From contig DUBM01000009.1 in the NCBI GenBank assembly GCA_012960305.1, forward strand, positions 210,238-274,237: DNA of 64,000 nucleotides, in the 5' to 3' direction. The translations under genes were made by a program, and so were the position numbers. This document shows, one piece after another, positions 18,561-29,216 of the stretch. Numbering within the stretch: the stretch's first letter is position 1; every line of letters begins with the position of its first letter. Origin of the DNA: Gammaproteobacteria bacterium (lineage in GTDB: Bacteria > Pseudomonadota > Gammaproteobacteria > Pseudomonadales > Pseudohongiellaceae). Under the pieces are notes generated by a model. It made no database searches and had not been told where the DNA came from. It was given only the letters and a program-made list of their open reading frames with translations.

Positions 18561-19814
18561 TTAATCAAGCAAATGCACTACTAATCCGCTTTTTAATTTA
18601 GGCTCAAACCAGGTAGATTTTGGCGGCATAACCTCATTCACATCGGCTATAGCCATTAAACTTTCGACTGATGTTGCATAAAGTGCGATTGCTGCTTCCC
18701 ATTTCCCTGAATCAACACGTTTTTCCAATTCACTCAAGCCACGAATACCACCGACGAAATCAACTCGAGTATCGGTGCGTTGATCTTTTATACCTAAAAG
18801 TGGAGTTAATATGGCATTTTGCATGATGCTCACATCTAAGATCTGAACCGGATCATCAATATCGATGTTGTCCAGCAACTGTTCACTGGCTGAAGCTTTG
18901 TACCATTGATTTTTCAAGTAAACACCAAATTCTTGAGCTTTTTTAGGCCTAGCGTCATCAAGAGAAACTTTTTTCACTACGAAATCACCACTTAATTTTT
19001 CAATAAATTCAGCAGCAGTAAAACCATTTAAATCTTTCACTACACGGTTGTAATCCAAGATTTGCACCTGATCATGTGGAAACACCACTACTAAGAAATT
19101 ATTATAAGGCTCATCACCTGTATGGCCCTTGTTCCGTTTTTGATGAAGATGCTTTATTCGCGAAGCGGCAGCGGAACGATGATGACCGTCTGCAACATAT
19201 AAACAATCCACATTATCAAAGGCCGACTCAATACTTTCAGCTACAGAAGTGTCTTCGACTACCCAAAATACGTGCTGGGTGCCATCATCAGCCACGAAAT
19301 CATACTCGGGGTTGGTAGCTACAACTTTATCTATTAGCCCATCTATCTCTAATTGAGACTTATAGGTCAAAAAAACAGGGCCAACCTGTGCACCTAACGC
19401 ATCCATATGAAACACCCGATCGTCTTCCTTATCAGGCCGAGTGTATTCATGCTTTTTGATGAGATTGGTTTCATAGGCATCTACAGATGCTACAGCCACT
19501 AAACCTACCTGCTCATGGGCACCCATTATTTGTTTATACACATACAGCTTTTCAGTACTATCCTGTTTTAAAGTGCCTGCGGCAATAAATCGTTCTAAAT
19601 TTTCTCGACCGGTCTCGTAAACCAACTGATCGTGTACGTCTACGTCGATCGCAACGTCTACCTCAGGCTTATTAATATGTAAAAAACTTAGCGCATTATC
19701 CTTAGCAATTACGAAAGCTTCTTCTCTGCTCAATACATCGTAGGGGTGAGATGCCACTTTTGCTGCCAATTCGCGGGCTGGTCTCAATCCTCGGAAAGGT
19801 TTAATCAATTTCAT
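18561..19814 (-). CDS. DUF1015 domain-containing protein
   Basis: 417 aa. The N-terminus MKLIKPFRGLRP....HPYDVLSREEA and the internal ADGHHRSAAA motif are typical of DUF1015. Confidence 0.8.
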   Translation of the reverse strand: MKLIKPFRGLRPARELAAKVASHPYDVLSREEAFVIAKDNALSFLHINKPEVDVAIDVDVHDQLVYETGRENLERFIAAGTLKQDSTEKLYVYKQIMGAHEQVGLVAVASVDAYETNLIKKHEYTRPDKEDDRVFHMDALGAQVGPVFLTYKSQLEIDGLIDKVVATNPEYDFVADDGTQHVFWVVEDTSVAESIESAFDNVDCLYVADGHHRSAAASRIKHLHQKRNKGHTGDEPYNNFLVVVFPHDQVQILDYNRVVKDLNGFTAAEFIEKLSGDFVVKKVSLDDARPKKAQEFGVYLKNQWYKASASEQLLDNIDIDDPVQILDVSIMQNAILTPLLGIKDQRTDTRVDFVGGIRGLSELEKRVDSGKWEAAIALYATSVESLMAIADVNEVMPPKSTWFEPKLKSGLVVHLLD

Positions 19815-20122
19815 TTTGGATTCCAGTCATGACTCTATTCAGAAAAATTGAGTATCGATTCTCGCTATATTAATTTTTGAAATTTATTTACATTTTTTTA
19901 CTTTATCGTCTTTCTATTACTACGCCGATTCCTAATTCTTCATTAGTTATTCATTTCACGCCAATCAAGACTTTCTCATCCGAGGTAAATTTAAGAATAT
20001 GAATCAAAAGTTTTATTAAAGATCTATTGTCGCACGTTAGTTGAAGTTCATAAAATAGAGGCTTAACTTAATTTCAGTTTAGTTGCCTATAGAGAGATAA
20101 GCCAGAATAAAAAAGAATTAGT

Positions 20123-20764
20123 TCAGAGGTATAGCTGCAGAGCATTGTGGATTTCAATTGCTTGAAAACCTCGAGATTCGAGGAACTTTACAATCTTTCG
20201 GTGATCTTTTGATCCCTGCTCTACAAACCTAATGTGCTTTACCCTTTTTGAAATCAAAGTCTTCAATATTAATTGCCATTCTTCATCGCCGGTAAACACA
20301 TAACGCTCTATCAACTCTGTGGCTACGTGCCGCTTCTTTAGCTCACTATTTATGTGAAGGTACCCGAATCCTCTACTCTTACGATATCTCGCATAAGATT
20401 CAGCAAATCGTGCGTCTGACTGCAGTTTCTCACCGGCCAGTTTATTCAATACAGGTATAAACGAGCCCAGCTCATTGCCCGGGAATTTCTTTTTGAGTTT
20501 TTGTTGGAGTTCGTAGTATGAGTGTTCCCGACGAGCCAACAGATCCATGGCAGCCCGCCGGAGAACGGGGACATCAACTACTCTAGCGGCTCTTTCTTGC
20601 TGACTGGACAGAGATCCTGCTGCGCTAGCGGATGGTTTGGCGCGGTAGCGTCCTTTGCTATTGGTTCTTGCGTTTGGTTTGATGGCTGAATCGTAACCCA
20701 CCTCGTCACTTACCTCGCCTTTTGCCAGATTGCTTACCTGGTCCATATTGAGGAAAACCTTCAT
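20123..20764 (-). CDS. recX: recombination regulator RecX (with a possible N-terminal low-complexity extension)
   Basis: RRAAMDLLARREHSYYELQQKL and a repeated three-helix architecture, immediately downstream of recA. The first ~65 aa have no RecX counterpart, so the start is uncertain. Confidence 0.85.
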   Translation of the reverse strand: MKVFLNMDQVSNLAKGEVSDEVGYDSAIKPNARTNSKGRYRAKPSASAAGSLSSQQERAARVVDVPVLRRAAMDLLARREHSYYELQQKLKKKFPGNELGSFIPVLNKLAGEKLQSDARFAESYARYRKSRGFGYLHINSELKKRHVATELIERYVFTGDEEWQLILKTLISKRVKHIRFVEQGSKDHRKIVKFLESRGFQAIEIHNALQLYL

Positions 20765-20817
20765 AGCTGAGCTAACGAGCCAGTCACCAATAGTCGTTGT
20801 AGTTAGATCTATAAAAA

Positions 20818-21900
20818 CTAACTTTGCTTAGCATTAGCATCAGCTAATACCACCACATCATCATTGGCTGGTTCGGGCACTGCGTTAGTGTCGTTTAGCG
20901 CTTCATCACCACCAAGCAATTGGGCGCGAATAGCCGTTTCAATTTCCATGGCGATTGCTTTGTTTTCTTCTAAGAAGATCGCGGCATTTTTCTTACCCTG
21001 ACCTATCTTCTCGCCTTTATAGGCATACCAGGCCCCTGACTTTTCGATTAGATCCTGCTTAACCCCAAGGTCAATGACTTCGCCCAAATGATATATGCCT
21101 TTGCCATACATAATTTGAAATTCTGCTTGCCTAAAGGGAGGTGCCACTTTGTTCTTAACCACTTTTACGCGAGTTTCGTTACCAACGACCTCATCACCTT
21201 CTTTAATAGAGCCAATACGGCGGATATCTAAACGTACTGAGGAGTAAAATTTCAAGGCGTTACCACCAGTGGTGGTTTCTGGTGACCCAAACATCACACC
21301 TATTTTCATTCGAATTTGGTTGATAAAAATTACCAAGGTGTTGGAATTTTTTATATTACCGGTCATTTTACGTAAAGCTTGAGACATGAGGCGAGCTTGT
21401 AGGCCCATATGGGTGTCGCCCATGTCGCCTTCTATCTCTGCTTTTGGAGTAAGAGCAGCTACTGAATCAATAACAACGACATCGAGAGCGCCAGAGCGAA
21501 CTACCATGTCGCAGATTTCCAATGCCTGTTCACCAGTATCTGGTTGACTGACTAAAAGATTATCTACATCAACACCCAAATTCTCTGCATAAATTGGATC
21601 TAAAGCGTGCTCAGCATCGATGAAGGCACAGCTACCACCGGCTTTTTGCGCTTCGGCGATAACTTGAAGTGTTAAGGTAGTTTTACCGGAAGATTCTGGA
21701 CCGTAGATTTCAACTACACGACCCCGTGGGAGTCCACCTATACCGAGCGCGACATCTAAGCCAAGAGAGCCAGTGGAGATTGCTGGAATCGGTTCGCGTT
21801 CGGTATCACCGAGACGCATCATGGAACCTTTGCCGAATTGTCGTTCGATTTGCAACAGAGCCGCTGCTAGTGCTTTATCTTTACTGCTATCTTCAATCAT
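20818..21900 (-). CDS. recA: recombinase RecA
   Basis: 360 aa with [23 protein letters not shown], Walker [11 protein letters not shown] and the L1/L2 loop regions. Essentially collinear with RecA. Confidence 0.98.
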   Translation of the reverse strand: MIEDSSKDKALAAALLQIERQFGKGSMMRLGDTEREPIPAISTGSLGLDVALGIGGLPRGRVVEIYGPESSGKTTLTLQVIAEAQKAGGSCAFIDAEHALDPIYAENLGVDVDNLLVSQPDTGEQALEICDMVVRSGALDVVVIDSVAALTPKAEIEGDMGDTHMGLQARLMSQALRKMTGNIKNSNTLVIFINQIRMKIGVMFGSPETTTGGNALKFYSSVRLDIRRIGSIKEGDEVVGNETRVKVVKNKVAPPFRQAEFQIMYGKGIYHLGEVIDLGVKQDLIEKSGAWYAYKGEKIGQGKKNAAIFLEENKAIAMEIETAIRAQLLGGDEALNDTNAVPEPANDDVVVLADANAKQS

Positions 21901-22157
21901 AGTGGTGTCCTTGTTGTTTTCTATAAATACAACTGAAGCCTGGTTCCATGAGTATCCGAGTTGTTACTGCTGTCTCTTTCGTTTCTGTCTCATCTGTTTG
22001 TTTATACATTCAAGTCAACACTAAAGAGAGAGCACCTATGCCCAGTTGCCTGAGCTTTAAAGAGCAGCTTGTCCCCAGCTACTTCCTAAATTTTGACTAA
22101 TTATTGTTTAAACTATTTGTCTACCGCCTTTCGCATAAGACTTTGCTACTTTTTGAT

Positions 22158-22177
22158 CACTGTATATACAACCAGTG
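22158..22177. promoter_or_regulatory. LexA (SOS) box 1
   Basis: CACTGTATATACAACCAGTG fits the gammaproteobacterial CTG-N10-CAG consensus (TACTGTATATATATACAGTA). Confidence 0.8.
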
Positions 22178-22195
22178 GAAATTAAATCAGAATTT

Positions 22196-22215
22196 TACTG
22201 TATATACAACCAGTA
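22196..22215. promoter_or_regulatory. LexA (SOS) box 2
   Basis: TACTGTATATACAACCAGTA matches the E. coli-type consensus at 17/20 positions. Its 18-nt core is identical to box 1. It overlaps a TTGGCC..TATACA promoter-like element on the minus strand. Confidence 0.85.
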
Positions 22216-22307
22216 TATTGGCCAAATTTTAATTTCCTTTAGCTTTTTTCTAAACGGCGAACCGAGAACTTAGATTGTATGTATACTTGAAAATTAACCA
22301 GTAAACT

Positions 22308-22820
22308 CTAGACCACTAGGGCGAGGCTACCTTCCAAAGCTGCAACTAACGTGGCATAGCGTACAGCCTCTCGGTCACCAGAAAATTGAAAACATCGTGC
22401 AAACGATTTGTCTTCCCATTGCCAGGCTATCCAAACAGTACCGACAGGTTTTTCATCTGTGCCGCCATCAGGTCCCGCTACACCACTAACCGCTACGGCA
22501 ACGTTCGCTCGACTTTTGCTCACCGCTCCCTGAGCCATCGCCAGGACAGTTTCTTCGCTTACCGCTCCCGGGCCATCGAAATCGAAATAAGAGTCGGGCA
22601 CCTCGAGTAGGTTGTGCTTAGCATCATTGGAGTAAGTCACAAAGCCAGTGTCAAACCACCGTGAACTACCCGCTAATGCTGTTAATGACTGAGCAATCCA
22701 ACCGCCAGTGCAGGATTCAGCTGTTGCCATAATGAGCCTTTTAGAGAGGAGAGCCTCAGCTAAATTAATAACTAGTTTCGCGACAGGCTCAGAGAGATAA
22801 TCAGGGGAAAAATTAGACAT
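22308..22820 (-). CDS. CinA-family C-terminal domain protein (nicotinamide-nucleotide amidohydrolase PncC-like)
   Basis: 170 aa with TAESCTGGW and VAVSGVAGPDGG motifs. It sits upstream of recA, the usual cinA position. Confidence 0.88.
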   Translation of the reverse strand: MSNFSPDYLSEPVAKLVINLAEALLSKRLIMATAESCTGGWIAQSLTALAGSSRWFDTGFVTYSNDAKHNLLEVPDSYFDFDGPGAVSEETVLAMAQGAVSKSRANVAVAVSGVAGPDGGTDEKPVGTVWIAWQWEDKSFARCFQFSGDREAVRYATLVAALEGSLALVV

Positions 22821-23070
22821 AAATCTATGTTATCGATTTGTCCCGCGGAATAAAACTACAAATCATCAACAGGGTTAATATTGTCCAAGTCTTTAAGCAA
22901 AACGTGTAGAATTCTTTCAATTCAAAGTCAGTTGCTCAATCACACTAATCAGCGCTGGCCAAAGTTCACGACTCGAAACCGTGTAAAACAAGTAAGCGGT
23001 AAAAAGGCTTTCTTGGCGACATATAATTAGTGGTAATAAAAATCTAGCAGACTAAAGAAGTAAGAAGACC

Positions 23071-25716
23071 TTGGCCGAAGCTCAACTACACACTCCCATG
23101 ATGCAGCAGTTTTTGCGTATCAAAGCTCAACATCAGGAGAGCTTGCTTTTCTATCGCATGGGTGATTTTTACGAACTGTTCTACGACGACGCAAAATCTG
23201 CTGCCCATATTTTGGACATAACTCTAACCGCCCGCGGCAAGTCTGGCAGCCAGCCAATTCCTATGTGTGGCATCCCTTATCATGCAGCAGACCGTTATCT
23301 TGCCAAACTGGTTGCGGCTGGCATATCCGTCGCTGTGTGCGAGCAAATCGGCGATCCCTCCCCCTCAAAAGGTCCAGTTGAAAGACAAGTAGTCAGAATT
23401 ATCACGCCGGGGACTGTTAGCGACGAAGCCCTGCTAGATGACCGCCGAGACAATTGTTTAATGTCTATCTTTGGTTTTGTTCCGAATTCCATCAACGGGC
23501 AATCAAGCTATGGCATTGCCTACACCAATCTAAGTAGTGGGCGATTTGTATTGAGTGAGATGGATAACCTCGAAGGATTATTGGCCGAAATAGAGAGAAT
23601 CAAACCCGCTGAGATTCTGCTCCATGATCAATTACTCGAGGTAGACAACGCCCTCAGCCATCCAGCAAAACGCAAACGGCCAACCTGGGAATTCGATCTC
23701 GAAAATGCCAACCGACTGCTAGCTCAACATTTCAAAACTCGTGATCTTTCCGCGTTCGATTGCGACACGATGGAGCTAGCCCTGCCGGCCGCGGGTTGTC
23801 TCCTGCAATATGCCAGGGAAACCCAGCAATCGGATCTACCGCACATTCAAGGTATCCAAGTAGAAAAGCTTGAGGATAGCGTTATTTTGGATGCAGCTAG
23901 CCGCCGTAATTTGGAATTAGATATCAACCTTGCCGGCGGTAGAGACAACACATTGCTCTCAATCATCGACAGAACTTCCACAACCATGGGTGGTCGCCTG
24001 CTCTCTCGCTGGATCAACCGTCCTCTTAGAGACACCGAGCAATTAATGCTACGGCAGAAAATCGTCGGCGCCTTGATTCAAAATCACCAGTACGAAGCAC
24101 TTGGTGAACTACTCAAAAGCATCGGCGATTTGGAAAGAATTCTTGCCCGGCTGGGACTGCGTTCTGCCCGACCAAGAGACCTAGCCAAATTACGAGACGG
24201 CATAGCTTTACTGCCGGAACTACAACAAATATTAAGTAAAATTAGTTGCCAAGAACTTCAATCTCTCGCGGTAAGAATCTCTGAATTCCCAAGACAATCC
24301 GCCCTGCTGCACCAAGCCTTGGAAGAAAATCCGCCTGTCGTCATTAGAGAAGGTGGAGTAATCGCAAAGTCCTATGATGCGGAATTGGATGAGCTGCGAA
24401 ATCTGAGCAGCAATGCCGGGCAGTATCTGATTGATCTAGAATTACGGGAACGGGAACGTACCGGCCTGAGTACGCTCAAAGTTGGCTACAACCGTGTTCA
24501 CGGATACTTCATAGAAATTAGCAAAGGTCAGGCGACCGCGGAATTACCAGCAGCATATATTCGACGCCAAACACTGAAAAACGCAGAACGCTATATAACT
24601 CCAGAACTCAAAGAATTTGAAGACAAAGTACTGAGCTCAAAAAGTAAAGCACTAGGTCGCGAGAAAGCACTCTACGAAGGACTTCTGGAAACTCTCTCTT
24701 TTCAACTCTCAGAACTGATTGCCAGCGCTGAGGCTCTCGCGGAATTAGATGTGCTGAACAATTTTGCCAAGCGCGCCGTAGATCTCGATTATTGCCAGCC
24801 AGAGCTTAGCTGTGACCCCGGCATTGATATCGAGGGAGGACGTCACCCAGTGGTAGAAAAAGTGACTAGCGAAAATTTTGTTGCTAATGACCTCTGCCTG
24901 AATGAAAAGCAGAAAATGTTAATTATCACAGGTCCAAACATGGGTGGTAAATCTACCTATATGCGGCAAACCGCTCTCATCGTTCTATTAGCTTTTTGTG
25001 GAAGCTATGTTCCCGCAAAAGCGGTGAAGGTTGGACCTATCGATCGAATTTTTACTCGCATTGGTTCCTCAGATGACTTAGCTGGAGGCCGATCAACCTT
25101 TATGGTGGAAATGACCGAAACTGCTAATATTCTCCACAATGCTACGGCCAATAGCCTAGTTCTAATGGATGAAATTGGTCGTGGCACCAGCACCTTTGAC
25201 GGCCTTTCTCTAGCCTGGGCAGCCGCTATCTATATCGCGGAACGGCAGCAGGCCTATACGCTATTTGCTACTCATTATTTCGAACTCACTGTGTTACCTG
25301 AGAATTATCCAAATATCCTGAATGTTCACCTAGACGCGGTTGAGCACGATAACGGCATTGTCTTTCTCCACAATGTGAAAACCGGTCCTGCGAATCAAAG
25401 TTATGGTCTGCAAGTGGCCCAGCTCGCAGGAATTCCGAAATTGGTAATAGAGCGCGCCCAGGAAAAGCTCAAGCAACTAGAGACTGAAGCTATAGTTAAA
25501 GAAAGTAATGATGGCAATAAGTTTGCTAAATCTAAGCCGCTCACAGCTTCCATTCCTTGCGCATCAGGTGCAGCTGAACAGCCACAGCAAAATGAGCTTT
25601 TCGCCACCATTAATCACCCGGTTGTGGATTACTTAGAAAAACTCAACCCCGATGAGATTACCGCCAAAGAGGCATTAAAGATTCTCTATGAACTTAAGCA
25701 GAAATCCTCGAGCTGA
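23071..25716 (+). CDS. mutS: DNA mismatch repair protein MutS
   Basis: 881 aa with [14 protein letters not shown], the mismatch-binding motif GDFYELF and Walker [17 protein letters not shown] start from the ORF track. Confidence 0.97.
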   Translation: MAEAQLHTPMMQQFLRIKAQHQESLLFYRMGDFYELFYDDAKSAAHILDITLTARGKSGSQPIPMCGIPYHAADRYLAKLVAAGISVAVCEQIGDPSPSKGPVERQVVRIITPGTVSDEALLDDRRDNCLMSIFGFVPNSINGQSSYGIAYTNLSSGRFVLSEMDNLEGLLAEIERIKPAEILLHDQLLEVDNALSHPAKRKRPTWEFDLENANRLLAQHFKTRDLSAFDCDTMELALPAAGCLLQYARETQQSDLPHIQGIQVEKLEDSVILDAASRRNLELDINLAGGRDNTLLSIIDRTSTTMGGRLLSRWINRPLRDTEQLMLRQKIVGALIQNHQYEALGELLKSIGDLERILARLGLRSARPRDLAKLRDGIALLPELQQILSKISCQELQSLAVRISEFPRQSALLHQALEENPPVVIREGGVIAKSYDAELDELRNLSSNAGQYLIDLELRERERTGLSTLKVGYNRVHGYFIEISKGQATAELPAAYIRRQTLKNAERYITPELKEFEDKVLSSKSKALGREKALYEGLLETLSFQLSELIASAEALAELDVLNNFAKRAVDLDYCQPELSCDPGIDIEGGRHPVVEKVTSENFVANDLCLNEKQKMLIITGPNMGGKSTYMRQTALIVLLAFCGSYVPAKAVKVGPIDRIFTRIGSSDDLAGGRSTFMVEMTETANILHNATANSLVLMDEIGRGTSTFDGLSLAWAAAIYIAERQQAYTLFATHYFELTVLPENYPNILNVHLDAVEHDNGIVFLHNVKTGPANQSYGLQVAQLAGIPKLVIERAQEKLKQLETEAIVKESNDGNKFAKSKPLTASIPCASGAAEQPQQNELFATINHPVVDYLEKLNPDEITAKEALKILYELKQKSSS

Positions 25717-25864
25717 GTGAGAAAATGCCGAAAATAACTGATAGAATGCCCGCCCATCAGTGGTGATAGCCTATTTACTTCGCATTGCGAGAAAACCTAA
25801 ATTGGTAATTCAACTCAAAATCGACTAGTAGAGTTAGCGAGAAAGGCAGAAAGGAATAAAGAAA

Positions 25865-26188
25865 ATGACGTTTGTTGTTGGTGATAATTGTATACGTTGT
25901 AAGCACACAGATTGTGTCGAGGTTTGCCCAGTGGACTGTTTCTACGAAGGCCCCAATTTCTTGGTAATTCACCCCGACGAGTGTATTGATTGCGCACTTT
26001 GTGAACCTGAGTGCCCAGTTGATGCTATCTATGCTGAAGATGAACTACCGGAAGATCAACAGGAATTTCTTGGCTTAAATGCTGAACTGGCAGAGATCTG
26101 GACCAACATTACGGAGAAGAAAGACCCACTTACAGATTCTGAACAATGGACAGACAAACCAAATAAACTACCTCATCTGGAACGGTGA
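25865..26188 (+). CDS. fdxA: 7Fe ferredoxin (FdxA type)
   Basis: 107 aa with the cysteine patterns [14 protein letters not shown] and [12 protein letters not shown], downstream of mutS as in Pseudomonas. Confidence 0.93.
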   Translation: MTFVVGDNCIRCKHTDCVEVCPVDCFYEGPNFLVIHPDECIDCALCEPECPVDAIYAEDELPEDQQEFLGLNAELAEIWTNITEKKDPLTDSEQWTDKPNKLPHLER

Positions 26189-26204
26189 TCCAAACACAAA
26201 AGAC

Positions 26205-26237
26205 GGCTGCTCGGTTAATACCCAGCAGCCATTTTTA
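26205..26237. terminator. bidirectional rho-independent terminator after fdxA
   Basis: GGCTGCT (26205-26211) pairs with AGCAGCC (26224-26230), followed by ATTTTTA on the plus strand. The minus-strand side is followed by GTCTTTTGTGTTT. Confidence 0.7.
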
Positions 26238-26560
26238 TCTGCTCTACTTTGTTTTTCTGTCATGTCGTTCTGTTTTGCTTTAACCCGGAATATTTTCTGT
26301 CGAAATCTTCCAACTCCATAATTTCTTTAAGCCACGCCAAGCAATCCACTTGAATCCGCCGAACCCTCTCTCAAGTGAAACCATCTCACTTAGGTAAAGT
26401 CGAGTATGATTAAGATTTAAACTTTTTCAGAATTAACTGATGCAGCAGTACAGTAGTCATTCCAGTTGTTAAGAGACTCAGTTTTTAATAAAAAGAAGAA
26501 TAGAAGTAACTAAAGAATTGAAATTACAATAGAGATATATAGAAGAATCGATCCTGACCG

Positions 26561-27454
26561 CTAGCGGTGGGGCAAAAACCTTCCCGGATCAGCAGGTTTA
26601 CCATTAACTCGAATTTCAAAATGCAGCATCGTAACACCAGCGGAGTTACTGCCTACCTCGCCAATTTTCTCACCTACCTTAACTCGACTTCCCTCAATCA
26701 CCAGCATCACACTATTATGAGAGTAGGCACTCAAGTAGCGATCATTATGGCGAATAATAATCAGATCGCCGTTACCTTGCACCCCATTACCTGAATAAAC
26801 CACCTCACCATTGCCGGCCGCAAGTACGGGATCGCCTAAGCTCCCTGAAATATCAATTCCCTTGTTTGCATTCGCCTGAAATCCTCTTAAAACTCGACCT
26901 GAATGTGGCCATTGCCATTGCGGCTCCCGGACTACCGTGTCGGCAATTGGTTGACGCAGGACACCGCCATTGATGTTGCTTGCCTGTGCTCTTGCTACAG
27001 AATTATTATTCACCGGAGTACCAAGAGCTGCAGCACCTTTACTCGATGAACTGATAGCTAAATTGGTAATTCGACTTACATCCAGATTAATTCCCTGATC
27101 GACGAAGATCCTATAGGGAGGATTCATGCTATTCGCGATCGCCAAAGATCTAAAATCCAAATCATATTCGAACGCTATGGAATAAAGCGTATCCCCTCTT
27201 CGCACGCGGTGCATTTGAGCATTGCCAACAACTGAAACGGAATTTGAAGGTACTGAGGGTTGCGCTGAAACCGGCCTACTGGATGTTCGTAATGGAGTTA
27301 GGCTATCGACGATGATTGGCGCCTGAACGACTTGTCTCTCGCCTTGATCAATAACCGGAGCTTGGTAGCCTCCAGCACAAGTCACCAGCACCAGACAGCA
27401 GCAAGAAATGCAGGGCCTTTTTAGCACTGAGTGAATATTAACTGGTTTCATCAC
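26561..27454 (-). CDS. nlpD: murein hydrolase activator NlpD (LysM + M23 peptidase-domain lipoprotein)
   Basis: Lipoprotein signal with lipobox LVTC, a LysM segment HRVRRGDTLYSIAFEY, and a C-terminal M23 domain (GIDISG...SAYSHNS...LHFEIR). Confidence 0.9.
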   Translation of the reverse strand: MMKPVNIHSVLKRPCISCCCLVLVTCAGGYQAPVIDQGERQVVQAPIIVDSLTPLRTSSRPVSAQPSVPSNSVSVVGNAQMHRVRRGDTLYSIAFEYDLDFRSLAIANSMNPPYRIFVDQGINLDVSRITNLAISSSSKGAAALGTPVNNNSVARAQASNINGGVLRQPIADTVVREPQWQWPHSGRVLRGFQANANKGIDISGSLGDPVLAAGNGEVVYSGNGVQGNGDLIIIRHNDRYLSAYSHNSVMLVIEGSRVKVGEKIGEVGSNSAGVTMLHFEIRVNGKPADPGRFLPHR

Positions 27455-27536
27455 TATAATTGTTCTCGGTTTTCATAAAATTTAAAAGAGCTTTAAGAGA
27501 AAAGGCCGCCGAGACTTGTTGGTGGCCAATTTCAAC

Positions 27537-28508
27537 TCACTTCCTGCTCGACAACCTTCGTAATCCAATGACTAGATAAAATCCCGCAATGACACTTAGC
27601 AAAGACACTATCAACAGCGCATCATTTCCGGTTTGCTCTGTATAGTTTAACGGCAGTAGTTTGCTTGATTGCAATACATGCTGTTCTCCGTCACTGCCAG
27701 TGTAATATTGAGAGACCTTTTGCCAGGGCCATAATAGGTATACAGACCCTAATAACATTCCTACAATGAAGGCGTAACTCAATTGTCGATAACGGTTCAA
27801 CATCCACGAAAGGACTCTCGAAAAGCTTAGTAAGCCAACTCCACAACCTGTGACAAAGACTGCTATATAAGCGATATCAAAATCTGTTAACGCTCTGAGA
27901 ATAAATTCATAAACTCCTAGCAAAATCAAAACAAAGGCACCAGACAAGCCTGGTAAGACCATTGCACAAATAGCAATTGCACCGCTGGAAAAAATATAGA
28001 AGAACGTAAGATTTGCATCGGTCCGCCCAATAAAGCTAATAGATATAGTCACGGTAATCCCTAAGAACAGCGCGACAAAGTTCTGCCAAGTGCCAAAGGA
28101 AAATTCTGATTTTAACAATACAGTACTAGCCAATACTAAGCCGATAAAGAAAGCCATAAGCGGCTCGAAATAGTTTTCCAAAAAAAATAAAACCGTATTT
28201 GCCGAGATCAATAATCCGCTTATCGCCCCCATGCCCAATATCAATAGAAATTTTCCATTAATGTGCTGCCATGCCTGTAAGAGATCACCACGAAATAACA
28301 TTTTGAAAGCAGAGGAATCGATGGAGCAAAGAGAGTGAATAAATGTCTCGTAGATGTTGGTTACTACGGCAATAGTTCCTCCAGAAATCCCCGGCACGGA
28401 GTCTCCCAAGCCTATTGCAATTCCTTTCAGATAGAGAATAAAGCCATTTCGACGGGATAATACAACCGTAGTAGAAGCTGCATCATCAGCAATAGATTGC
28501 TTAGACAT
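27537..28508 (-). CDS. DUF368 family integral membrane protein (PopT-like putative undecaprenyl-phosphate translocase)
   Basis: 323 aa, polytopic, with the paired motifs PGISGGTIAV and LPGLSGAFVL that are typical of DUF368. Confidence 0.8.
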   Translation of the reverse strand: MSKQSIADDAASTTVVLSRRNGFILYLKGIAIGLGDSVPGISGGTIAVVTNIYETFIHSLCSIDSSAFKMLFRGDLLQAWQHINGKFLLILGMGAISGLLISANTVLFFLENYFEPLMAFFIGLVLASTVLLKSEFSFGTWQNFVALFLGITVTISISFIGRTDANLTFFYIFSSGAIAICAMVLPGLSGAFVLILLGVYEFILRALTDFDIAYIAVFVTGCGVGLLSFSRVLSWMLNRYRQLSYAFIVGMLLGSVYLLWPWQKVSQYYTGSDGEQHVLQSSKLLPLNYTEQTGNDALLIVSLLSVIAGFYLVIGLRRLSSRK

Positions 28509-28544
28509 TGCGCCAATTGCCTTTCATAAGCTAGTCATATTCAA

Positions 28545-29216
28545 TTAATGTTGTACCTGACCCACCAATAAAGGAACGAAGCGCACAGCATCGAGGATTT
28601 CAGTAGTAAACTCATTCTTGCTACGAGTAATAAGCCGCAATTCTTGCTGACTATCTCCCCCCACAGGTATTACCAGGCGTCCGCCTTCTGATAGCTGATC
28701 AAGAAGGTCCTGTGGTATTTGCTGTGGAGCAGCTGTAGTGATAATCGCATCAAACAGACCTTTCTCTTGCCAACCGGAGCTACCGTCATCATGTTTGAAA
28801 TCTATATTTCGAAGTCCCAATAATTTGAGATTCTTTTTAGCACGATCAAGCAATGGCTTAATGCGCTCAACAGTGGCAACTTTTTTTGCCAGCTGACCTA
28901 TCAAAGCTGTCTGGTAACCACAGCCGGTGCCTATTTCAAGCACACTATCAAGAGAACCACCCCTAAGTATAGCTTCTGTCATTTTCGCAACCACATAGGG
29001 CTGTGAAATCGTTTGATTGAAGCCTATCGGCAAGGCCACATCTTCATAAGCTCGATGGGCAAGAGCTTCATCGAGAAAAATATGACGAGGCGTTGAGCGG
29101 ATGACATCAAGCACTTCCATACTTGTTATACCTTGACTCATCAATCGCCCCAACAATCTCTCCCTAGTGCGCTGAGAAGTCATTCCGATACCGCTTAAAT
29201 TCAATTTAGTATTCAA
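28545..29216 (-). CDS. pcm: protein-L-isoaspartate O-methyltransferase
   Basis: [19 protein letters not shown] and the SAM-binding motif [12 protein letters not shown]. An alternative ATG start lies at 29183. Confidence 0.95.
   Translation of the reverse strand: MNTKLNLSGIGMTSQRTRERLLGRLMSQGITSMEVLDVIRSTPRHIFLDEALAHRAYEDVALPIGFNQTISQPYVVAKMTEAILRGGSLDSVLEIGTGCGYQTALIGQLAKKVATVERIKPLLDRAKKNLKLLGLRNIDFKHDDGSSGWQEKGLFDAIITTAAPQQIPQDLLDQLSEGGRLVIPVGGDSQQELRLITRSKNEFTTEILDAVRFVPLLVGQVQH

Noticed and set aside
26079-26321. 80-aa ORF overlapping the 3' end of fdxA and extending through the terminator.
   Set aside because: It is out of frame with a well-supported ferredoxin gene and runs across the terminator hairpin, so it is not plausible as a gene.
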